DNA of 64,000 nucleotides, taken from NCBI GenBank assembly GCA_964016885.1, contig OZ024744.1, forward strand, positions 1,240,001 through 1,304,000. The letters are read 5' to 3'. The notes below the pieces were generated by a model that was given only the letters and a program-made list of their open reading frames with translations, was not told where the DNA came from and did not search any database. Below are positions 1 through 11,260 of the stretch, piece after piece (position 1 is the first letter of the stretch; each line of letters begins with the position of its first letter). The position numbers and the translations under genes are program-made. The stretch comes from Eledone cirrhosa. Taxonomy: Eukaryota.

Positions 1-3000
1 TAGCTTGGTGAAGAACGAAGTTTTGAGAGAAGACAAGGTAGAGAAAGATAGCTTGATGAAGAACGAAGTTTTGAGGGAAGACAAGGTAGAGAAAGATAGC
101 TTGGTGGAGAACGAAGTTTTTAGGGAAGACAAAGTAGAGAAAGATAGCTTGGTGAAGAACGAAGTTTTGGGGGAAGACAATGTAGAGAAAGATAGCTTGA
201 TGAAGAACGAAGTTTTGGGGGAAGACAAGGTAGAGAAAGATAGCTTGGTGAAGAACGAAGTTTTGAGGAAAGATAAGGTAGAGAAAGATAGCTTGGTGAG
301 GAACGAAGTTTTGGGGGAAGACAAGGTAGAGAAAGATAGCTTGGTGAAGAACGAAGTTTTGGGGGAAAACAAGGTAGAGAAAGATAGCTTGGTGAAGAAC
401 GAAGTTTTGAGGGAAGACAAGGTAGAGAAAGATAGCTTGATGAAGAACGAAGTTTTGAGGGAAGACACGGTAGAGAAAGATAGCTTGGTGAAGAACGAAG
501 TTTTGAGGGAAGACAAAGTAGAGAAAGATAGCTTGGTGAAGAACGAAGTTTTGGGGGAAGACAATGTAGAGAAAGATAGCTTGATGAAGAACGAATTTTT
601 GGGAGAAGACAAGGTAGAGAAAGATAGCTTGGTGAAGAACGAAGTTTTGAGGGAAGACAAGGTAGAGAAAGATAGTTGGTGAAGAACGAAGTTTTGAGGG
701 AAGACAAGGTAGAGAAAGATAGCTTGGTGAAGAACGACGTTTTGAGGGAAGACAAGGTAGAGAAAGATAGCTTGGTGAAGAACGACGTTTTGGGGGAAGA
801 AAATGTAGAGAAAGATAGCTTGGTGAAGAACGACGTTTTGAGGGAAGACAAGGTAGAGATAGATAGCTTGGTGAAGAACGAAGTTTTGAGGGAAGGCAAA
901 GTAGAGAAAGATAGCTTGGTGAAGAACGAAGTTTTGGAGGAAGACAATGTTGAGAAAGATAGCTTGATGAAGAACGAAGTTTTGGGGGAAGACAAGGTAG
1001 AGAAAGATAGCTTGATGAAGTACGAAGTGTTGGGGGAAGACAAGGTAGAGAAAGATAGCTTGGTGAAGAACGACGTTTTGTGGGAAGACAAGGTAGAGAA
1101 ATATAGTTGGTGAAGAACGAAGTTTTGAGGCAAGACAAGGTAGAGAAAGATAGCTTGGTGAAGAACGAAGTTTTGAGGGAAGACAAGGTAGAGAAAGATA
1201 GCTTGGTGAAGAACGAAGTTTTGGGAGAAGACAATGTAGAGAAAGATAGCTTGGTGAAGAACGAAGTTTTGAGGGAAGACAAGGTAGAGAAAGATAGCTT
1301 GGTGAAGAACGAAGTTTTGGGGTAAGACAAGGTAGAGAAAGATAGCTTGGTGAAGAACGAAGTTTTGAGGGAAGACAAGGTATAGAAAGAGAGCTTGATG
1401 AAGAACGAAGTTTTGAGGGAAGACAAGGTAGAGAAAGATAGCTTGATGAAGTACGAAATATTGGGGGAAGACAAGGTAGAGAAAGATAGCTTGGTGAAGA
1501 ACGAAGTTTTGAGGGAAGACAAGGTAGAGAAAGATAGCTTGATGAAGAACGAAGTTTTGAGGGAAGACAAGGTAGAGAAAGATAGCTTGGTGAAGAACGA
1601 AGTTTTGAGGGAAGACAAGGTAGAGAAAGATAGCTTGGTGAAGAACGAAGTTTTGAGGGAAGACAAGGTAGAGAAAGATAGTTGGTGAAGAACGAAGTTT
1701 TGAGGGAAGACAAGGTAGAGAAAGATAGCTTGGTGAAGAACGACGTTTTGAGGGAAGACAAGGTAGAGAAAGATAGCTTGGTGAAGAACGAAGTTTTGAG
1801 GGAAGACAAGGTAGAGAAAGATAGCTTGGTGAAGAACGAAGTTTTGGGGGAAGACAAGGTAGAGAAAGATAGCTTGGTGAAGAACGAAGTTTTGAGGGAA
1901 GACAAGGTAGAGAAAGATAGCTTGGTGAAGAACGAAGTTTTGAGGGAAGACAAGGTAGAAAAGGATAGCTTGGTGAAGAACAACGTTTTGGGGGAAGACA
2001 AGGTAGAGAAAGATAGCTTGGTGAAGAACGAAGTATTGAGGGAAGACTAGGTAGAGAAAGATAGCTTGGTGAAGAACGAAGTTTTGAGGGAAGACAAGGT
2101 AGAGAAAGATAGTTGGTGAAGAACGAAGTTTTGAGGGAAGACAAGGTAGAGAAAGATAGCTTGGTGAAGAACGACGTTTTGAGGGAAGACAAGGTAGAGA
2201 AAGATAGCTTGGTGAAGAACGAAGTTTTGGGGGAAGACAAGGTAGATAAAGATAGCTTGATGAAGTACGAAGTTTTGGGGGAAGACAACGTAGAGAAAGA
2301 TAGCTTGGTGAAGAACGACGTTTTGTGGGAAGACAAGGTAGAGAAACATAGTTGGTGAAGAACGAAGTTTTGAGGGAAGACAAGGTAGAGAAAGATAGAT
2401 TGGTGAAGAACGAAGTTTTGAGGGAAGACAAGGTAGAGAAAGATAGCTTGATGAAGAACGAAGTTTTGAGGGAAGACAAGGTAGAGAAAGATAGCTTGAT
2501 GAAGTACGAAGTTTTGGGGGAAGACAAGGTAGAGAAAGATAGCTTGGTGAAGAACGAAGTTTTGAGAGAAGACAAGGTAGAGAAAGATAGCTTGATGAAG
2601 AACGAAGTTTTGAGGGAAGACAAGGTAGAGAAAGATAGCTTGGTGGAGAACGAAGTTTTTAGGGAAGACAAAGTAGAGAAAGATAGCTTGGTGAAGAACG
2701 AAGTTTTGGGGGAAGACAATGTAGAGAAAGATAGCTTGATGAAGAACGAAGTTTTGGGGGAAGACAAGGTAGAGAAAGATAGCTTGGTGAAGAACGAAGT
2801 TTTGAGGAAAGACAAGGTAGAGAAAGATAGCTTGGTGAGGAACGAAGTTTTGGGGGAAGACAAGGTAGAGAAAGATAGCTTGGTGAAGAACGAAGTTTTG
2901 GGGGAAAACAAGGTAGAGAAAGATAGCTTGGTGAAGAACGAAGTTTTGAGGGAAGACAAGGTAGAGAAAGATAGCTTGATGAAGAACGAAGTTTTGAGGG

Positions 3001-6000
3001 AAGACACGGTAGAGAAAGATAGCTTGGTGAAGAACGAAGTTTTGAGGGAAGACAAAGTAGAGAAAGATAGCTTGGTGAAGAACGAAGTTTTGGGGGAAGA
3101 CAATGTAGAGAAAGATAGCTTGATGAAGAACGAATTTTTGGGAGAAGACAAGGTAGAGAAAGATAGCTTGGTGAAGAACGAAGTTTTGAGGGAAGACAAG
3201 GTAGAGAAAGATAGTTGGTGAAGAACGAAGTTTTGAGGGAAGACAAGGTAGAGAAAGATAGCTTGGTGAAGAACGACGTTTTGAGGGAAGACAAGGTAGA
3301 GAAAGATAGCTTGGTGAAGAACGACGTTTTGGGGGAAGAAAATGTAGAGAAAGATAGCTTGGTGAAGAACGACGTTTTGAGGGAAGACAAGGTAGAGATA
3401 GATAGCTTGGTGAAGAACGAAGTTTTGAGGGAAGGCAAAGTAGAGAAAGATAGCTTGGTGAAGAACGAAGTTTTGGAGGAAGACAATGTTGAGAATGATA
3501 GCTTGATGAAGAACGAAGTTTTGGGGGAAGACAAGGTAGAGAAAGATAGCTTGATGAAGTACGAAGTGTTGGGGGAAGACAAGGTAGAGAAAGATAGCTT
3601 GGTGAAGAACGACGTTTTGTGGGAAGACAAGGTAGAGAAATATAGTTGGTGAAGAACGAAGTTTTGAGGCAAGACAAGGTAGAGAAAGATAGCTTGGTGA
3701 AGAACGAAGTTTTGAGGGAAGACAAGGTAGAGAAAGATAGCTTGGTGAAGAACGAAGTTTTGGGAGAAGACAATGTAGAGAAAGATAGCTTGGTGAAGAA
3801 CGAAGTTTTGAGGGAAGACAAGGTAGAGAAAGATAGCTTGGTGAAGAACGAAGTTTTGGGGTAAGACAAGGTAGAGAAAGATAGCTTGGTGAAGAACGAA
3901 GTTTTGAGGGAAGACAAGGTATAGAAAGAGAGCTTGATGAAGAACGAAGTTTTGAGGGAAGACAAGGTAGAGAAAGATAGCTTGATGAAGTACGAAATAT
4001 TGGGGGAAGACAAGGTAGAGAAAGATAGCTTGGTGAAGAACGAAGTTTTGAGGGAAGACAAGGTAGAGAAAGATAGCTTGATGAAGAACGAAGTTTTGAG
4101 GGAAGACAAGGTAGAGAAAGATAGCTTGGTGAAGAACGAAGTTTTGAGGGAAGACAAGGTAGAGAAAGATAGCTTGGTGAAGAACGAAGTTTTGAGGGAA
4201 GACAAGGTAGAGAAAGATAGTTGGTGAAGAACGAAGTTTTGAGGGAAGACAAGGTAGAGAAAGATAGCTTGGTGAAGAACGACGTTTTGAGGGAAGACAA
4301 GGTAGAGAAAGATAGCTTGGTGAAGAACGAAGTTTTGAGGGAAGACAAGGTAGAGAAAGATAGCTTGGTGAAGAACGAAGTTTTGGGGGAAGACAAGGTA
4401 GAGAAAGATAGCTTGGTGAAGAACGAAGTTTTGAGGGAAGACAAGGTAGAGAAAGATAGCTTGGTGAAGAACGAAGTTTTGAGGGAAGACAAGGTAGAGA
4501 AAGATAGTTGGTGAAGAACGAAGTTTTGAGGGAAGACAAGGTAGAGAAAGATAGCTTGGTGAAGAACGAAGTTTTGGGGGAAGACAAGGTAGAGAAAGAT
4601 AGCTTGGTGAAGAACGAAGTTTTGAGGGAAGACAAGGTAGAGAAAGATAGCTTGGTGAAGAACGAAGTTTTGAGGGAAGACAAGGTAGAAAAGGATAGCT
4701 TGGTGAAGAACAACGTTTTGGGGGAAGACAAGGTAGAGAAAGATAGCTTGGTGAAGAACGAAGTATTGAGGGAAGACTAGGTAGAGAAAGATAGCTTGGT
4801 GAAGAACGAAGTTTTGAGGGAAGACAAGGTAGAGAAAGATAGTTGGTGAAGAACGAAGTTTTGAGGGAAGACAAGGTAGAGAAAGATAGCTTGGTGAAGA
4901 ACGACGTTTTGAGGGAAGACAAGGTAGAGAAAGATAGCTTGGTGAAGAACGAAGTTTTGGGGGAAGACAAGGTAGATAAAGATAGCTTGATGAAGTACGA
5001 AGTTTTGGGGGAAGACAACGTAGAGAAAGATAGCTTGGTGAAGAACGACGTTTTGTGGGAAGACAAGGTAGAGAAACATAGTTGGTGAAGAACGAAGTTT
5101 TGAGGGAAGACAAGGTAGAGAAAGATAGATTGGTGAAGAACGAAGTTTTGAGGGAAGACAAGGTAGAGAAAGATAGCTTGATGAAGAACGAAGTTTTGAG
5201 GGAAGACAAGGTAGAGAAAGATAGCTTGATGAAGTACGAAGTTTTGGGGGAAGACAAGGTAGAGAAAGATAGCTTGGTGAAGAACGAAGTTTTGAGAGAA
5301 GACAAGGTAGAGAAAGATAGCTTGATGAAGAACGAAGTTTTGAGGGAAGACAAGGTAGAGAAAGATAGCTTGGTGGAGAACGAAGTTTTTAGGGAAGACA
5401 AAGTAGAGAAAGATAGCTTGGTGAAGAACGAAGTTTTGGGGGAAGACAATGTAGAGAAAGATAGCTTGATGAAGAACGAAGTTTTGGGGGAAGACAAGGT
5501 AGAGAAAGATAGCTTGGTGAAGAACGAAGTTTTGAGGAAAGACAAGGTAGAGAAAGATAGCTTGGTGAGGAACGAAGTTTTGGGGGAAGACAAGGTAGAG
5601 AAAGATAGCTTGGTGAAGAACGAAGTTTTGGGGGAAAACAAGGTAGAGAAAGATAGCTTGGTGAAGAACGAAGTTTTGAGGGAAGACAAGGTAGAGAAAG
5701 ATAGCTTGATGAAGAACGAAGTTTTGAGGGAAGACACGGTAGAGAAAGATAGCTTGGTGAAGAACGAAGTTTTGAGGGAAGACAAAGTAGAGAAAGATAG
5801 CTTGGTGAAGAACGAAGTTTTGGGGGAAGACAATGTAGAGAAAGATAGCTTGATGAAGAACGAATTTTTGGGAGAAGACAAGGTAGAGAAAGATAGCTTG
5901 GTGAAGAACGAAGTTTTGAGGGAAGACAAGGTAGAGAAAGATAGTTGGTGAAGAACGAAGTTTTGAGGGAAGACAAGGTAGAGAAAGATAGCTTGGTGAA

Positions 6001-9000
6001 GAACGACGTTTTGAGGGAAGACAAGGTAGAGAAAGATAGCTTGGTGAAGAACGACGTTTTGGGGGAAGAAAATGTAGAGAAAGATAGCTTGGTGAAGAAC
6101 GACGTTTTGAGGGAAGACAAGGTAGAGATAGATAGCTTGGTGAAGAACGAAGTTTTGAGGGAAGGCAAAGTAGAGAAAGATAGCTTGGTGAAGAACGAAG
6201 TTTTGGAGGAAGACAATGTTGAGAAAGATAGCTTGATGAAGAACGAAGTTTTGGGGGAAGACAAGGTAGAGAAAGATAGCTTGATGAAGTACGAAGTGTT
6301 GGGGGAAGACAAGGTAGAGAAAGATAGCTTGGTGAAGAACGACGTTTTGTGGGAAGACAAGGTAGAGAAATATAGTTGGTGAAGAACGAAGTTTTGAGGC
6401 AAGACAAGGTAGAGAAAGATAGCTTGGTGAAGAACGAAGTTTTGAGGGAAGACAAGGTAGAGAAAGATAGCTTGGTGAAGAACGAAGTTTTGGGAGAAGA
6501 CAATGTAGAGAAAGATAGCTTGGTGAAGAACGAAGTTTTGAGGGAAGACAAGGTAGAGAAAGATAGCTTGGTGAAGAACGAAGTTTTGGGGTAAGACAAG
6601 GTAGAGAAAGATAGCTTGGTGAAGAACGAAGTTTTGAGGGAAGACAAGGTATAGAAAGAGAGCTTGATGAAGAACGAAGTTTTGAGGGAAGACAAGGTAG
6701 AGAAAGATAGCTTGATGAAGTACGAAATATTGGGGGAAGACAAGGTAGAGAAAGATAGCTTGGTGAAGAACGAAGTTTTGAGGGAAGACAAGGTAGAGAA
6801 AGATAGCTTGATGAAGAACGAAGTTTTGAGGGAAGACAAGGTAGAGAAAGATAGCTTGGTGAAGAACGAAGTTTTGAGGGAAGACAAGGTAGAGAAAGAT
6901 AGCTTGGTGAAGAACGAAGTTTTGAGGGAAGACAAGGTAGAGAAAGATAGTTGGTGAAGAACGAAGTTTTGAGGGAAGACAAGGTAGAGAAAGATAGCTT
7001 GGTGAAGAACGACGTTTTGAGGGAAGACAAGGTAGAGAAAGATAGCTTGGTGAAGAACGAAGTTTTGAGGGAAGACAAGGTAGAGAAAGATAGCTTGGTG
7101 AAGAACGAAGTTTTGGGGGAAGACAAGGTAGAGAAAGATAGCTTGGTGAAGAACGAAGTTTTGAGGGAAGACAAGGTAGAGAAAGATAGCTTGGTGAAGA
7201 ACGAAGTTTTGAGGGAAGACAAGGTAGAGAAAGATAGTTGGTGAAGAACGAAGTTTTGAGGGAAGACAAGGTAGAGAAAGATAGCTTGGTGAAGAACGAG
7301 GTTTTGGGGGAAGACAAGGTAGAGAAAGATAGCTTGGTGAAGAACGAAGTTTTGAGGGAAGACAAGGTAGAGAAAGATAGCTTGGTGAAGAACGAAGTTT
7401 TGGGGGAAGACAAGGTAGAGAAAGATAGCTTGGTGAAGAACGAAGTTTTGAGGGAAGACAAGGTAGAGAAAGATAGCTTGGTGAAGAACGAAGTTTTGAG
7501 GGAAGACAAGATAGAGAAAGATAGTTGGTGAAGAACGAAGTTTTGAGGGAAGACAAGGTAGAGAAAGATAGCTTGGTGAAGAACGACGTTTTGAGGGAAG
7601 ACAAGGTAGAGAAAGATAGCTTGGTGAAGAACAAAGTTTTGGGGGAAGACAAGGTAGAGAAAGATAGCTTGATGAAGTACGAAGTTTTGGGGGAAGACAA
7701 GGTAGAGAAAGATAGCTTGGTGAGGAACGACGTTTTGTGGGAAGACAAGGTAGAGAAACATAGTTGGTGAAGAACGAAGTTTTGAGGGAAGACAAGGTAG
7801 AGAAAGATAGCTTGGTGAAGAACGAAGTTTTGAGGGAAGACAAGGTAGAGAAAGATAGCTTGATGAAGAACGAAGTTTTGAGGGAAGACAAGGTAGAGAA
7901 AGATAGCTTGATGAAGTACGAAGTTTTGGGGGAAGACAAGGTAGAGAAAGATAGCTTGGTGAAGAACGAAGTTTTGAGGGAAGACAAGGTAGAGAAAGAT
8001 AGCTTGATGAAGAACGAAGTTTTGAGGGAAGACAAGGTAGAGAAAGATAGCTTGGTGAAGAACGAAGTTTTGAGGGAAGACAAAGTAGAGAAAGATAGCT
8101 TGGTGAAGAACGAAGTTTTGGGGGAAGACAATGTAGAGAAAGATAGCTTGATGAAGAACGAAGTTTTGGGAGAAGACAAGGTAGAGAAAGATAGCTTGGT
8201 GAAGAACGAAGTTTTGAGGGAAGACAAGGTAGAGAAAGATAGCTCGGTGAAGAACGAAGTTTTGGGGGAAGACAAGGTAGAGAAAGATAGCTTGGTGAAG
8301 AACGAAGTTTTCAGGGAAGACAAGGTAGAGAAAGATAGCTTGGTGAAGAACGAAGTTTTGGGGGAAGACAAGGTAGATAAAGATAGCTTGATGAAGTACG
8401 AAGTTTTGGGGGAAGACAAGGTAGAGAAAGATAGCTTGGTGAAGAACGACGTTTTGTGGGAAGACAAGGTAGAGAAACATAGTTGGTGAAGAACGAAGTT
8501 TTGAAGGAAGACAAGGTAGAGAAAGATAGATTGGTGAAGAACGAAGTTTTGAGGGAAGACAAGGTAGAGAAAGATAGCTTGGTGAAGAACGAAGTTTTGG
8601 GGGAAGACAATGTAGAGAAAGATAGCTTGATGAAGAACGAATTTTTGGGAGAAGACAAGGTAGAGAAAGATAGCTTGGTGAAGAACGAAGTTTTGAGGGA
8701 AGACAAGGTAGAGAAAGATAGTTGGTGAAGAACGAAGTTTTGAGGGAAGACAAGGTAGAGAAAGATAGCTTGGTGAAGAACGACGTTTTGAGGGAAGACA
8801 AGGTAGAGAAAGATAGCTTGGTGAAGAACGACGTTTTGCGGGAAGAAAATGTAGAGAAAGATAGCTTGGTGAAGAACGACGTTTTGAGGGAAGACAAGGT
8901 AGAGATAGATAGCTTGGTGAAGAACGAAGTTTTGAGGGAAGGCAAAGTAGAGAAAGATAGCTTGGTGAAGAACGAAGTTTTGGAGGAAGACAATGTTGAG

Positions 9001-11260
9001 AAAGATAGCTTGATGAAGAACGAAGTTTTGGGGGAAGACAAGGTAGAGAAAGATAGCTTGATGAAGTACGAAGTGTTGGGGGAAGACAAGGTAGAGAAAG
9101 ATAGCTTGGTGAAGAACGACGTTTTGTGGGAAGACAAGGTAGAGAAATATAGTTGGTGAAGAACGAAGTTTTGAGGCAAGACAAGGTAGAGAAAGATAGC
9201 TTGGTGAAGAACGAAGTTTTGAGGGAAGACAAGGTAGAGAAAGATAGCTTGGTGAAGAACGAAGTTTTGGGAGAAGACAATGTAGAGAAAGATAGCTTGG
9301 TGAAGAACGAAGTTTTGAGGGAAGACAAGGTAGAGAAAGATAGCTTGGTGAAGAACGAAGTTTTGGGGTAAGACAAGGTAGAGAAAGATAGCTTGGTGAA
9401 GAACGAAGTTTTGAGGGAAGACAAGGTATAGAAAGAGAGCTTGATGAAGAACGAAGTTTTGAGGGAAGACAAGGTAGAGAAAGATAGCTTGATGAAGTAC
9501 GAAATATTGGGGGAAGACAAGGTAGAGAAAGATAGCTTGGTGAAGAACGAAGTTTTGAGGGAAGACAAGGTAGAGAAAGATAGCTTGATGAAGAACGAAG
9601 TTTTGAGGGAAGACAAGGTAGAGAAAGATAGCTTGGTGAAGAACGAAGTTTTGAGGGAAGACAAGGTAGAGAAAGATAGCTTGGTGAAGAACGAAGTTTT
9701 GAGGGAAGACAAGGTAGAGAAAGATAGTTGGTGAAGAACGAAGTTTTGAGGGAAGACAAGGTAGAGAAAGATAGCTTGGTGAAGAACGACGTTTTGAGGG
9801 AAGACAAGGTAGAGAAAGATAGCTTGGTGAAGAACGAAGTTTTGAGGGAAGACAAGGTAGAGAAAGATAGCTTGGTGAAGAACGAAGTTTTGGGGGAAGA
9901 CAAGGTAGAGAAAGATAGCTTGGTGAAGAACGAAGTTTTGAGGGAAGACAAGGTAGAGAAAGATAGCTTGGTGAAGAACGAAGTTTTGAGGGAAGACAAG
10001 GTAGAGAAAGATAGTTGGTGAAGAACGAAGTTTTGAGGGAAGACAAGGTAGAGAAAGATAGCTTGGTGAAGAACGAGGTTTTGGGGGAAGACAAGGTAGA
10101 GAAAGATAGCTTGGTGAAGAACGAAGTTTTGAGGGAAGACAAGGTAGAGAAAGATAGCTTGGTGAAGAACGAAGTTTTGGGGGAAGACAAGGTAGAGAAA
10201 GATAGCTTGGTGAAGAACGAAGTTTTGAGGGAAGACAAGGTAGAGAAAGATAGCTTGGTGAAGAACGAAGTTTTGAGGGAAGACAAGGTAGAGAAAGATA
10301 GTTGGTGAAGAACGAAGTTTTGAGGGAAGACAAGGTAGAGAAAGATAGCTTGGTGAAGAACGACGTTTTGAGGGAAGACAAGGTAGAGAAAGATAGCTTG
10401 GTGAAGAACAAAGTTTTGGGGGAAGACAAGGTAGAGAAAGATAGCTTGATGAAGTACGAAGTTTTGGGGGAAGACAAGGTAGAGAAAGATAGCTTGGTGA
10501 GGAACGACGTTTTGTGGGAAGACAAGGTAGAGAAACATAGTTGGTGAAGAACGAAGTTTTGAGGGAAGACAAGGTAGAGAAAGATAGCTTGGTGAAGAAC
10601 GAAGTTTTGAGGGAAGACAAGGTAGAGAAAGATAGCTTGATGAAGAACGAAGTTTTGAGGGAAGACAAGGTAGAGAAAGATAGCTTGATGAAGTACGAAG
10701 TTTTGGGGGAAGACAAGGTAGAGAAAGATAGCTTGGTGAAGAACGAAGTTTTGAGGGAAGACAAGGTAGAGAAAGATAGCTTGATGAAGAACGAAGTTTT
10801 GAGGGAAGACAAGGTAGAGAAAGATAGCTTGGTGAAGAACGAAGTTTTGAGGGAAGACAAAGTAGAGAAAGATAGCTTGGTGAAGAACGAAGTTTTGGGG
10901 GAAGACAATGTAGAGAAAGATAGCTTGATGAAGAACGAAGTTTTGGGAGAAGACAAGGTAGAGAAAGATAGCTTGGTGAAGAACGAAGTTTTGAGGGAAG
11001 ACAAGGTAGAGAAAGATAGCTCGGTGAAGAACGAAGTTTTGGGGGAAGACAAGGTAGAGAAAGATAGCTTGGTGAAGAACGAAGTTTTCAGGGAAGACAA
11101 GGTAGAGAAAGATAGCTTGGTGAAGAACGAAGTTTTGGGGGAAGACAAGGTAGATAAAGATAGCTTGATGAAGTACGAAGTTTTGGGGGAAGACAAGGTA
11201 GAGAAAGATAGCTTGGTGAAGAACGACGTTTTGTGGGAAGACAAGGTAGAGAAACATAGT
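1..11260 (+). repeat. Variable-length higher-order repeat: periods 2539, 2730 and 2777 bp (53, 57 and 58 monomers)
   Basis: The same rare-variant block (GAAGAAAATGT, GAGATAGAT, GGAAGGCAAA, GGAGGAAGACAATGTT, AGGCAAGAC, GGGGTAAGAC) starts at 676, 3215, 5945 and 8722. 2539=53x48-5, 2730=57x48-6 and 2777=58x48-7, matching the number of 47-mers in each unit. 1-675 matches 2540-3214. Confidence 0.93.

Noticed and set aside
120-10538. 3472-aa minus-strand ORF and the other giant ORFs (e.g. 46312-59646, 4444 aa; 43245-52475, 3076 aa)
   Set aside because: The pyrimidine strand of the monomer has no TAA, TAG or TGA, so all three frames stay open. The translations cycle among three repeat peptides at each indel and overlap one another, with no unique domain.
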